Shown here in pieces: positions 12,372-51,580 of a DNA stretch of 64,000 nucleotides. The DNA is from Bugula neritina (Eukaryota > Animalia > Bryozoa). The position numbers were made by a program, and so were the translations under genes. The stretch's first letter is position 1, and every line of letters starts with the position of its first letter. The stretch lies in NCBI GenBank assembly GCA_964035545.1, contig OZ037767.1:20352628-20416627 (forward strand), written 5' to 3'. The notes beneath the pieces were generated by a model. It was given only the letters and a program-made list of their open reading frames with translations. It was not told the origin of the DNA and ran no database searches.

Positions 12372-13142
12372 GATTGATACTGCATATTGGCAGCGCAGAC
12401 AGAGCAGCAATGTCAAGGCCTTCTTATACATGCAGTTACTCTGATACATATACAATACATATGAATGTGTGTTGGGGTTTGGGGCTATTTTCAGCCACAT
12501 ATTTTCTGATTGCAGTTATAAATTGTTTCTTAACTATGAAATGGAAGCTAGTTATTTATAAACTTATTTTATATTTTATAAAATCATCATTATATTTATG
12601 AACCATAAAATATTTAAATTTACAAAACTAATAAAAAATAAAATATATTGCTAGTAGGTACATTCAGTTTGAGATTTCTAACAATATTGCTTTCCAACTT
12701 TTTGTTTTGAGTTATTTGGCAAAAAATATGCCATAAATCAGTAGCATATGTCAAGGTCAAAATACTCACAGTAATATACACATATATAGGTCAAGGTTAC
12801 CTTACACTATGCTGGTGACTCATAGAAAAAAAAATATCCCAAGATCAGGAGTCGTGTTTCCAAATACAATGAGCATACGACTCTTAACACATGTAAAATA
12901 TTAACATAATATGTAAAAAAGGTTCTTGGCATGAATAGTGAATTACAAAACATCAAATTTACTCTTATGCGGATCATTGTGTGATTCGTTTGGTATATGT
13001 TTTGAAAATTCCACATGACTTTAAATTCCAAAGCACGGGTGGCTTCGTCGTAGTTTGACACAAAGGTAAGAAGTAGAATTGTTTACAGTTCACATTATTT
13101 ACATCTGCTAAATGAAATGTTGAAGACTCGCTGTCTCCTATT

Positions 13143-39428
<26,286 letters not shown>

Positions 39429-42038
39429 GCTACTCCTCAAACTGCTCGAACTGTTGGACCTGGACCTCGGTCTAAGCCAGTCTACAAGGGAGAGTCTGTA
39501 GCTGTTGAGACTTTGGGAGCTGCAATACATGATACGATATAATCATATATGATGCAATATGCTTGATATACCATAATATGATATAATCATATATCATACA
39601 ATATGCCGATATACCATGATATGATATATCACGTTATTTCATTATAAATCTTGGTAACAGTGAGCGTGTAAATTTTTTATCAATAATATAATATATACCA
39701 TTTAAGAAATCGCTTTTTGAAAAGATAACTCCTGAAACCACATATCTATAAAATATTATTTAACTTAAACTACATTGAAATTTCATAATTTTAATATAAT
39801 TTATGCTGCAAGTACACAACTCATAGTCCTAAAAAACTAACTTGAGGAGACAAATTTCAGTAAAGGAGAACACAACTGCTAATATCGCCTTCTACCCTTC
39901 TCATTACACTAACACCAACAAAACATAACGGGTCACATGACATTTCACATTTAATAGACGTCAAATACTTGTGTTACTAAATATGAGGGTATTTCAAAAA
40001 CTCAACCCACGAATTAAAACAGTTTCACTCCACAGCCCTGTGTGAGATGAGACCAGAAAGTGAGGTCATTGTAACTAAATCACACATTACTGTAACTGCT
40101 GTCAACTAAACATCAACATCTGCGGCACTATTTAATGAGTTCCATAGAGACAAATGTACACCTGAATAGAAACTGTTACTGTGAACTATGACTAGAAGTA
40201 ACAAATTCCTCAGAATGAAAATATTTACAGACAAAACATTTTGTCAGATGAATCAAATGTAACACAGTTGGTGAGTGTAAAGTTTGCAAGGAAGAAATCG
40301 GCATTGCAACACTCCATCCATGGGACAAAAGTTAAACTCTAAAGTCTATGAGGCTGCCAAGTTCAGTAAAATAATTTCAGTCTGCAAGCCAAGAGTTTAA
40401 AGTAAAGTTTGCAATAGTTATAGTGACTATAATATACATAATATATTATAGTATCTATAATATACAGGGACAGTGACTATAATATACATAATGTATTATA
40501 GTATCTATAATATACAGGGATAGTGACTATAAACTTTTTATAGCATCTATAATAGTATACCAAGTTCTGCATAGTATACATCATAGCATAATATATAGTA
40601 TAAATTATCATCATATGTACTAAACTAATATAATATATAGTAGTATACTACAATATATAACATACTCTATAATATGGCTATAATATGACAATGTTTTAGT
40701 TTACAATATATGAGTATTATACAACTTATCTACAAGTATTATAGTAATCAGATATATGTAGACACTCTACATATTATCTACAAAAATATTTCTGCTATCT
40801 GAAGGGAAATACCAAAGCTCTACCTAATCATAACCAAGTTCAACAACACCACAAATATCTTAGATTTTAAGTTTGAATGATTTGTGGATGAACCCTTTTG
40901 AATTAATAGGTAATTTATTTCCAGAGCTGTAAATTCCATTCCCATATTAGTTATCCTGCTCAGTATTCCTGGCTACACACTATCCCAAAGATGAACGTAA
41001 ATTAACTACATTCAGCAAAATATATGGACTTTGGCATTACTATCTGCATCTGTATGAATAAATGTTCATGTATTGGAAATGCTATTGACTTTTAGGTGAA
41101 GTTTTGGAGGAAGTTTCTACATTTTGAAACTTTTGAATTCATTTTTAATTTTTATTATCCATAGGCGTTAAACCCTGAAGAGTAGTTTTTCAACCCCACC
41201 TGCCCCAACCAATACCATTTAGAACGTTTAGAACATTCTGGAAAGCAGGGCTAGCTACAGGCTGAGCAGTCACGTGGGATTAACACAAAGATATGGAGGT
41301 TGTGTAGAAACACCACCTTCTGGCTTCTATTAGCTATATGCCACAACAAGTTATGTAGAGTTTAGTCTGAAATTGTGGTGCAGATAACTTCGAAATGAAG
41401 GAACTTCCTACTAAAGGAAGTCCAAGTGTTTTTTTTTGCTACAAAAGGCTGCAGTTTGAAGAAATAAACCAGAGTGGATCTATTTTTATAAACTGAGACA
41501 AAAGAAGGCATTAATAAAACAATAGATAGTTGAAAATCCCTTTGACCACTCAACCACCAAATAGTCATCAATACTAGTAAGAAATCCAATGTTATTTACT
41601 TCGCAATGTCATTGCATAATGTGTTTATTGGTGATTGTATGAATAAACAACTGAAATGAATAAGTTCCGTTAACCGCATTGTATGAGGAGGGGTTCTAGT
41701 AAAGCCGTACTAGTCATTCCTCTTGTAACTGTGGTATTTATAGGTCACGCAGTGATAAATAATACCACCTGTGTTAGGATTATAATTTTAGTATCTTTAC
41801 AAGCCCACCACATAATAACTTACTATGAAGTGAGAATTAGCATAAGATATTATTATATTGTATACTTATTCAATTAATTAATTTACAGGAAGCCGGTATT
41901 TGTCAAGACAGTGAATAATGCATAAGGCATCACACTACTAGCAATAAGAGACAGCAGGGACAGGCATCAAACAGACTGCTGCCGCAGACAGCTGTCTGTG
42001 ACACCTGATAACTACCCTCACACTAACAAACTATGTAC

Positions 42039-43277
42039 CTGAACTTGACAAGCGGAAGGAAAGGCAGCAGTGAAATCTATGTGCAAGTGGCAGCATGTGA
42101 TATAAATATACAAGTTTGCTTAATCTAACATTACATCTGATAAATAATATAATTCTAGGGTAGTTCAAGTGCCTGCAGAGTAGGAGTCTTATTACATGTA
42201 ATCTCCAAGTTACAGTAGCTACTATTATAGCCCTTAGCGCTGAGGAGTTACCTCTACCACCGCACCTCACCTCCGCCTGAAACTGTAAATGTTAGGTCAT
42301 CCATTTCAATGATTGCAACTGCTAAATTCAGTGAAATAAATTGAGTTTACTAAAATATGGAGGATATTGAGTGTCAGCAGGATATGAAGGAGCTGAGAGA
42401 GGATAGAGAAGAGAGGATGGAGGAAGGATAGAGGAGTGAGGATAGAGAAGAGAGGATAGAGGAGTGAGGATAGAGAAGAAAGGATAGAGGAGTGAGGATA
42501 GAAAAGAGAGGATAGAGGAGTGAGGATAGAGAAGAAAGGATAGAGGAGTGAGGATAGAGAAGACAGGATAGAGGAGTGAGGATAGAGAAGAGAGGATAGA
42601 GGAGTGAGGATAGAGAAGAGAGGATAGAGGAGTGAGGATAGAGAAGAGAGGATAGAGGAGTGAGGATAGAGAAGAGAGGATAGAGGAGTAAGGATAGAAA
42701 AGAGAGGATAGAGGAGTGAGGATAGGGAAGAGAGGATAGAGGAATGAGGATAGAGAAGAGAGGATAGAGGAGTGAGGATAGAGGAGAGAAGATAGAGGAG
42801 AGGATAGAGGAGTGAGGATAGAAGAGTGAGGATAGAAGAGCGAGGATAGAGGAGAGGATAGAGGAGTGAGGATAGAGAAGAGAGAATAGAGGAGAGGATA
42901 GAGGAGAGGAGCAATCTAACTGTGATGACAGCAAAGTCCTAAAAGCAGAGATTCACCTAAAAAAGTTGCACTTTCAAAATGAAAACAGAAATAAAACTAT
43001 AAGTGAATAGCCTATGATGAAATTAAATAAAGCGAGGGTAGGTTGGTACATAGGCTATGGTGAATGGAGTGAGGGTAGGTTGGTACAACAAACTGTTGTC
43101 TGGTTACAATATTCAGAGCTAGGCAGTCCTAAAGCCCGGTGAATACCTTTCAAATGACACAGAAACTCTAGGATGACTCAGATCTCTAGAATCCTCGCTG
43201 ACTTGGTCTACATCTTTGGCAGCACGACTGAACTTACTCCGAATAGACCTCCGAAATAGTTGAACCCGTAGATCCAT
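42039..43277 (-). CDS. Candidate N-terminal extension exons of the Ack-like gene (43277-43147 and 42076-42039, joining 39481)
   Basis: Exit phase 2, then a 38-nt exon converting phase 2 to phase 1, then an in-frame phase-1 acceptor at 39481 with no stop before the ATG at 39428. Confidence 0.55.
42395..42910. repeat. 28-bp purine-rich minisatellite (gaggatagaggagtgaggatagagaaga), about 18 copies
   Basis: Directly visible; explains the LSSLLYP-type ORFs. Confidence 0.95.
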
Positions 43278-45105
43278 CTGACCCAGTGTATCCCAACACA
43301 GACACTCAACATACAAGGAGCTACGACTACGACTACTACTATAGAGGTGGTGTCACTCACAGCTGCTCTATAGCGTACATCCAGGTAGTAGAAGTGGACA
43401 CAGAGGTGTGGAAGCAGTGGAAGGGCTGTTCGTTGTGACACACATAAGTTCACCTTGCGTTCCACCAAGACTAATGAGGATAATATTAGGAGAAGTCAAG
43501 GGTTATGATATCAAAGGTGAACACAAAATTGGCAAGCAGTGGCTTTGTCAACATGCCACCTACAGACTGTACAAATTCCAGCTCACCTCAACTATGCATC
43601 AGGCAACCAACTAAGCTTGACAATGCAGAGACAGCCAAATTAATGCTTAAAAGTCATCATTGAACTAATCACATGGACAGTTGCTGTCGATGCTGCCACT
43701 AGAATTCATTCATAAATACTGTACTTGATATTTGAAGAGAGGATCAATCTACTGGTGATTAGTGTAGATGTTTAGTTTTACAGAGTGAAGAGCAAACAGA
43801 CAGACAGTATATTACCACTAATCACCAAGGGAAGATTCAAGCAGTGGAGTTAGTGAAATAGTGGGTCTGTCAAAGTACTACTCTGTAGTACTACTACTCA
43901 AAGTACTACTCTGTAGTACTACTACTCAGAGTACTACTACTCAGAGAACTACTGGACTGGAGACGTGATACACTCTGTTTATGGTCTACCGGTAGGAAAT
44001 AGAATGCATGGAACTGACACGTTCACCTTCTAGTAATATAAATAATGTCACTGCAGCCTACATTCTGGTATGCAGGTCTTCACCTCTCCAAACAATCTAG
44101 TTATAAGCTAAGTGAGAGAGAGCTAGACCTCAGTGACCCACATAGCGCAGGTGAAAATAGACACTGCTACTGCACGTACAGAGCAGTCTATGGAGATATT
44201 CAATACACCATTTTCTTGATAAACTACTCCCAACAAAAGATTACGTGAATATAAAAAGACAAAGAATAGAAGGCCATTTACACAGGATTGCAAAATACAA
44301 AAGAACCACCCTTTTAAGTGATGGTGTGGAATGCAGCACAACTAATAGAGCAATAACTGACATAATGATAATTTGTATACACAAATCTGCCAACTTTTCA
44401 CTGAATAAGATGTGAAGGTATAAAGTTTCAGCATATTATGTCATATATTATAAACCAGTCCTTGCTAAGCTAACTGACATTGTTGACTACAAAGTTTTGT
44501 TCATACAGTTTTTTAAATTAAAAAAATGTCAACTAAAACCTAGCTGTTTCCACGGCAATGTAAATGTGTTTAGAAAAATGAGAAAGTGGAACCAGAGCCA
44601 AACCTGCATGTGCATTGGTACTAGCCAGGTATCTGGTGTTCTATACGGCAACTAAAGCAAGCCGAGACATTTTGAATAATGCATAAAACCTAGCCTTATT
44701 TTCCATTATAGGTTGCTATGTTTTAGGGCTACATAATAACAGTTTATGAAACCAAACCCTCACCACTTCTTTAGTGTGAACTAACAGGTCTGGTGAAGCA
44801 ACTGTGCCAAACACAAACTAATCTACGACCAGAAACTTGGGTGGAGAATAATTTGTCATAGAAAATGATTTGAACTAAAGTATAACCTGTAATAAAATAT
44901 GGCTGTGAAATTTGCTACCACACATTGGAGAAGGGTTATAGGAGAGTTGGGTTGAGCACATCCTTACTAGTTTCTGGGTTGAATTATAAGCTAAAAGGTC
45001 ACGAAATTGATTCACTTAGAATTTAGATTAATTATTTCTTGCAACAACACACCTTGCTATAAGTATGTAAATACTTGAGTGAAAATTACTGATACTATAT
45101 AATTC

Positions 45106-45275
45106 TAGTACCCCCTCCAACAGATGGATATATCACCCCCTCCAACAGATGGATCCAGCACCCCCTTCCAACAGATGCATCTAGCACCCCTTCTAACAGA
45201 TGATCCAGCACCCCCCCCCCCATTCCAACAGATGGATCCAGAACCCCTTCCAACAGATGGATGTAGCACCCCTCC
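45106..45275. repeat. Degenerate 25-bp minisatellite (ccaacagatggatccagcaccccct), about 6 copies
   Basis: Recurring ccaacagatg units. Confidence 0.8.
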
Positions 45276-48200
45276 GGATTTATTGATCTAACTGAGTTAT
45301 ATAATGTGTATTCAACTTGTTTTGCAATATAAAGCAGGAGATGGATGTGATAGGTTTGTGAAAACATATAATGACCTTCTCCTAACTTTATTTGTATGTT
45401 ATTACCATCACAGTCATTGTTCTGTTTACCAAGGGTTGGGGAGGCTTGTTAGTAGATTATTGAAAGTAATAAGCATTGTTATGAACTGTTACAGCTAAAC
45501 CAAAGCTCTGTGGTAATATGTTAGTTAGCACTAACTGGGAGTTAAACCGATGACTTCAGAGCTGGCAGCTCCACCTACAGGCAGCCTGTTAGCATCCACA
45601 GTTTAGAGCAATTAAGAGAATGTCTTGTAAACAATTTGGGTAATGGCTACTGGTTCGCTACAGAAAGGTCCACTTGATGATTCAAGGTTAAGCATCAATG
45701 AATAAATTAGAATATTAGTAATCATGCTAATTAGAAGATGATTGTACAACTATACTGGTCTGTGGTTCATTATTAGTGAACATTTACATTGACTTTACAA
45801 CAAAGGCTCTGTAAACAGAGCTGTCTTTTCAAAAAATAAGCATTGAAGACGAGTATTTTTACAACTTTCTGCACATAAAGATAGAACGTTAAATTTGTTT
45901 ATTGAAAATAAAAATACTATTAAGGCAGTCTTTTGCTAAATGGATCAGTGATATTAGCCTTAGGAAAAGAGAGACTTGTTTGAAAGTGTTGCATACTAAA
46001 ACACAGCCTTCTTAGCTTGTTGGTTTGCAATTTAATAAACAACTAGTTACCTCAGCCAACTATTTGGATAAATAACTGAATATTTCTCATAAATTATTTC
46101 CCCAAACCTGGAAACGATTGATAAAAGGCGGATCTAACAAACACTGGCAAAGAATCTAGCTAACATTTATCCTACATGACATCTACCATCTGCATATCAC
46201 AGAGAGATGAAAAATTAGTGCCACATTAATTACACACTGTATCAAGACTATTGATAACATGGAAACCCAAGCAATCTAGCACCAATCTATAGATCTAAAG
46301 ATGTCTGTAAATGTGATTCAACAACTAATTTGATATAACAGTAGAGATGCCTGGAAAACCTGTTTCAAGTTACTAGGTAATGAAGAATACATGAACAGTA
46401 GTACAACATGTATGAGGCTAGTTTAAATAGTTGAATCAAAACTTTGAGAAACTTCATTCTACTAATGTTTATATTTATATTTACTAATGTTTATTTATAT
46501 TTCAATAATTCTCTTACAAAGAAAGAGGGACAAGTGCAGCATAGTTCACCCTAAATACATTTACACATTTTTACATTGAAAACTAAAAGTAGTTTGGAGT
46601 TCCTCAACTATCATATGATGTCAGTGAGAGACAAAAGCTAATCAATATGACCAGTTTATTAGATGATACTGTATGTAGTTGTGAGTGGATTAGTTCCACT
46701 ATAGTTTACACTTGGTTACACCACTTTACTTCAATATTTCCTTTCAATGTTTGGTTGAATGATCCTTCACCTAAGCTAATCAAATTTTCATTACTAGTAG
46801 AAACTTCAACTTATCTAATCATGAGTAAATATTTTCATGGATAGAGTTATTGATTCCAGAGATATGAATAGCCTTCCTGAGTTCTATGAACACACACTGC
46901 TGTGCATTCCATACACATAGCATTCAAATCAACAGACTTGAAAGTCAACCACCTGGGGAAAATAATTTCCTGCACCCACTAGAAAAAAATACAACTAGTA
47001 CTTAGCCATAAAGCCTACAAATTTTCTTAAACCTCAGTGTAGTGTCTTTGGGGTTAGAGTGGAGATAAATTTGGATAAACCTCTAAGACTTTGATATTTT
47101 GAATAGTCATGAGCTAGTTGTACTCTGCATACTAACAACTGCTTTCCACCCAGTACTAGAGATACTTTACAACTCCCTAGAGAATGGTATTCTTTTCTTA
47201 GTTTGTTTAAACAAACGAGTGGTATGCCATATGATAGCTGAAGTTAGTTTACACTTTACACTCTACAATGATGTAGATATGGATGCTGCATGACCTAACA
47301 AATCTAATGGTATGTAAAGAACCCATAAACTACTCAACTGTTTATTTTTACTTGTAAATGACATCTCTGAGTGCTTAATTTTTATATATTTTGCCAAATT
47401 AAGACATAAGTCTTAGAGAACTTTTGATGTAAAATATTCATCAGTTTGAATTTCCAATCTGAGCTGCATACAACCATTGCATTAGCAAACCTTGTAAGAT
47501 GTATTTAGTTACAGTATTGTAAATTTAGCAAAGATGTTGAAGTGGCATACAATAGACATGCATATCTCATTTAAATTAATTAGCCTGTAATTGGACTAAC
47601 TGGTGATAACTTGCCATATACAACTTACAATAATTACTTAAACGTGTAAAATTCCATCAGCCTAAGAAAATATCACATCTAACTAATACATAATGTGTAT
47701 GATTTTATAACTAACCAGTTACATTTGCAACAAAAATTCTAAATTTTAAAATACTTTTACAAAGATTCAAATCAGTGCCTCTAGAACACATTGCTGACCT
47801 TGATAAATAGAATGTTAAAAGCTATTTGAGGTCATTTGAGCCCAAAAGTCAAAACCCAGAAGTTAGCAAGAAGTCTCTTGTAGATTAGATGAACATTTGC
47901 AGAGTATTTCATACATTCCACCTATATATGGATAAAGTTCCGTTTATTTATAGCCAATCTAGAACTTGGTAACTTATATAAACATTTTAATTATAGTGTT
48001 TATATTATGTTTCCAGTTTACCAGCAGTTATCAAATCTAAAGAATTTTTTCAAATTGCTCAAGATTACAGTTTAACTAAAAGGCAAGCAGCTTCCAACAC
48101 TGTAATCATTTGACAGAGTTGAGATTTAGCTGGAAACAGCTACTATCCGATCCCAAATGCATGCCAACCAAGCTCCACAGTCTCAATGTAAATAAACTAG

Positions 48201-49016
48201 GGTTTTTACCCTTCATTATGCTAAATGTACTGTAGGAGCCATCAGTAATTTATAAGACAACTACTGTGGTCAATGTTAAGATGAAACCTAGATGGAGGCT
48301 AGTATAGCAGTACAATTTAATATATATACATAGACTGTTTAGTATCGCGATACCTAGAGTTACTGTGACTTTGCAAGTTCTCAGAACGCATAAAGAGTGA
48401 GTGTGAAAACTAAAATCATATAGCAGCTATAAAATAGATAATAATAAAAATAGTCTTTATTTTACTTTATATTTATGATTATAATTATGAAATAGCTCCA
48501 GTCATTATTATGCGGCATCAGTATTCAAAAACTAACTTTTTTTACTGCTGTCAATGAGCAGAATATTTTAAGGGAAAAAAAATAATAAAAATCAGTATAA
48601 ACTAACAAAAATTATAACTTTTATGCAATTAACTATTACTATTAATATTAGTAACAGCTTTGTGATCCAGTTTTGATTGATATTCATTAGTATTAGAGCT
48701 TAGCCTTGAGTTATTATCAGTATAAACACAGTAGATGCAATAGTTTATGTTTAATTCCAAACTTGTACTGTGACTTTAAATATTCAAGTATGACTCAAAC
48801 TACAACACTGAAACTTGAACCTAAAGTTTACTTTTAGTTTTAAGGCTACAACTGATTCAAGCTAGATGCTAAAAGTAAAAGTAAACTGAATTTGATAACT
48901 AAACAATAAAAAACCATTATATTACATTTAGCTTTACGGTTTAATAATAATAGTAATACTAATATTAAGTCTTAGTCCAATAGTAACACTAATAGTAGTA
49001 GAACTAGTAATAGTAC

Positions 49017-49073
49017 AATATTGAATAAGTTACACAATCACTATCATAGTGATTTTGTAACTTATTCAATATT
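49017..49073. repeat. Near-perfect palindrome: 28-bp arms, 1-nt spacer, one mismatch
   Basis: aatattgaataagttacacaatcactat-c-atagtgattttgtaacttattcaatatt. Confidence 0.92.
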
Positions 49074-49330
49074 AGTGATTCACTGCTACTGCTAGTAGTA
49101 GTACTAATCTATGAATATGACTATCACCATGACTATCAGTATCAGTATGAATATGAGTATAAAACTGTTATAATGATATTCATAGTAATAATCATACTCA
49201 TACTGATACTCATACTCATAGTCATACTGATACTCATACTGATAGACAAGTTTTCGCTGTTTAGTGTTTAGACTTAAGAGTTTTGTCTTTGGTTTGACTT
49301 TGTCAATGAAAATGAATAGGAATCACTTAC

Positions 49331-49650
49331 CTTTTTGTCAAATATATTTTAGTTGAGCAAATATATAACTTTTTACAAAATTAACGCTTGCTAGTTTTCA
49401 ATAATAACTATAAATGCTAATAACCAAGTTCAGGCGGTTGAGAATATCAATATGAGTGTTGGTGTGTTAACCACTAGTAGTAGTATTACTGTTAGTATTT
49501 GCAGGTTTCTGCATAGTACATTTGTTGTTGTGAAGGACAATAAACGGACAATTGCTAATCAGACTACGGAAGTGTCGCAAAAATTTGCACGTCAAAGAGC
49601 GGACAACTATTCATATAATTGTTTTACTAGTAGAGCGCGCAACTCGTAAT
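49331..49650 (-). promoter_or_regulatory. Probable distal non-coding first exon and promoter of the Ack-like gene
   Basis: Consensus donor AAG|gtaagt at 49331/49330; local CpG cluster with an ETS-type CGGAAGTG near 49568. Confidence 0.45.
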
Positions 49651-50000
49651 TGTATATAATGAATATAATATAATATAATAATATGTAAAAGCATTAGATA
49701 AAGAATAATATACTATACTAGTTATTGTAGTTATATGCACATCAATGTGTACTGTGATTCTCTACATTAATAAATATTTATTGGCATCAAAGCAATAATG
49801 GGGTGGAACACCCGAATGTAAATTTTTCCAACCTCAGTGATCCAAGACTAAAGAAAGCTTTTTTGTTGATTACTTATTGAATGCTAAATTTAACGCATTA
49901 TTTTATAAAATAAGCTATCATGATAAATATGTACGCCTCAAATACGCCTCATAGCATATCATATATAATTACATTTATATATCATATATATGTCTGGTGT

Positions 50001-50209
50001 GGTCAGGGGCTAGAGCGTTTGCCTAGTAAGCTGCACGAAGGTCATGGGTCCGAGTCCAGACAAAAGGCCATTGGTGATGTTAGGAAGAGCATCCAGTCAT
50101 AATTGCTCCTGTGCTTCATCTTAATAAGTCCTTAGCCCACTTAAAAAACCTCTTCCGTCAGGGGTTTTCTCACAGGAATAGCGGCTATAAATCCGAGTAA
50201 GTTTTTTTT
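50001..50209 (+). mobile_element. tRNA-headed SINE with 17-bp TSD
   Basis: B-box-like GGTCCGAGTCC, core ggtgatgttaggaagagcatcc, T-rich tail; flanked by atatatatgtctggtgt at 49984-50000 and 50210-50226. Confidence 0.65.
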
Positions 50210-50216
50210 ATATATA

Positions 50217-50737
50217 TGTCTGGTGTTCTCTGTGACAAGAAAATGCCCACAAAACTCAAAGTGCTGATTTATAAAATAGCTATCAAACCAACCCTGCCAT
50301 ATGGAAATGAAACATGGCCCATCACAAAATCTCTGGCGGATAAGATGTCATCATGTGAGATGTTGCTATACTGCTTGAATGTTCGTTTAGAGGATCATAA
50401 GCCAAATGAGGATATAACAGCAGAAGCTAAAGTGATGCCGATTAAAGACCTAATGAGGAAAAGAGGAATGCAGTGGTATGGGCATGTTAGACGTAGAGAT
50501 AGTGAGGACGACATCCGGAGAGTGTCAGAGATGACAGTTGAAGGAGTCCGACCTAGGGGTAGACCAAAGCAAAGATGGTGTAATACAATAAACTCAGACC
50601 TTAGATGGCTTGATCTAGATGGTGCAGATGCTGAAAATCAAGTCTGGAGAGTCGGAGAAGTCTGGTAAAAATTGGTACCAAGCAAAGACCCGCCGCCCAC
50701 ACAGGACTACAGCAGTGAAAGGTGACAAAAGGTAACC
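50217..50737 (+). mobile_element. 5'-truncated RTE-clade LINE fragment (C-terminal end of the ORF plus 3' tail)
   Basis: SGVLCDKKMP..LK..IYK, YG.ETW, WYGHVRRR and GVRPRGRPKQRW are typical RTE post-RT motifs. Confidence 0.9.
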
Positions 50738-51580
50738 ATATATCATATAGCTTATATATATTACGTATCATGATAAGCGATATATCATTATGCATGCATC
50801 CTATTATAAATATGCCACGTATGATTATACATCATATCATATACCATAATATATCATTTTATACCATATTAAGCATTTACCACAGTTAGGAGTGTCCGGC
50901 CATTAGCTAGCACCAGTTCGCCCAGTTATAGTTAGCATGAAACATAGAGGACTAATATTTCGTCAATCCTTGAAGTTTTGCAAGGAACAGCTGTGACCCA
51001 CAAACATGCAGCATTATGTTATATATATAACAATAATATATTGTATTGAAATATGACACATGATACTTTTATATCTATAATAGTATATAATGCACAGCTC
51101 ATGTTTACGAAACAGTTGCAATACAATTAAATATAATGAATTTTAACATAAACTGAAATGGGATTTAATTAGAACTTATACATTAAGTTATTATGTAGGC
51201 AAGCTATTCAATCTTTGGTGTATGTATGTTTTTTACAAAATAGTTGTTTATATTTAAAAACGCCTTGCCTATATCTTATCATTATTTATGTCTTAAAGCA
51301 AATTCAACAAATTTTCAATGAAAGACACTTTTCTATATGAATGACAATTTAAAAGCGTAGGTTTTAGAGAACACAACTCCTTAATTAATACATTAATAGT
51401 AAAAATAAAGCAAATTCCTAAACAATTGCAACAGCTATTGTATTAATAATAATAACACATACAAAAATATGTGTAGAGGTTAATTGTAACAATGAGACAA
51501 GAAATTTCCTAATATGGTTAAATGTTTCTCCCAACAATCAAACTATTGATGTAATTATTAGATAAATTGGATTAAACAAA

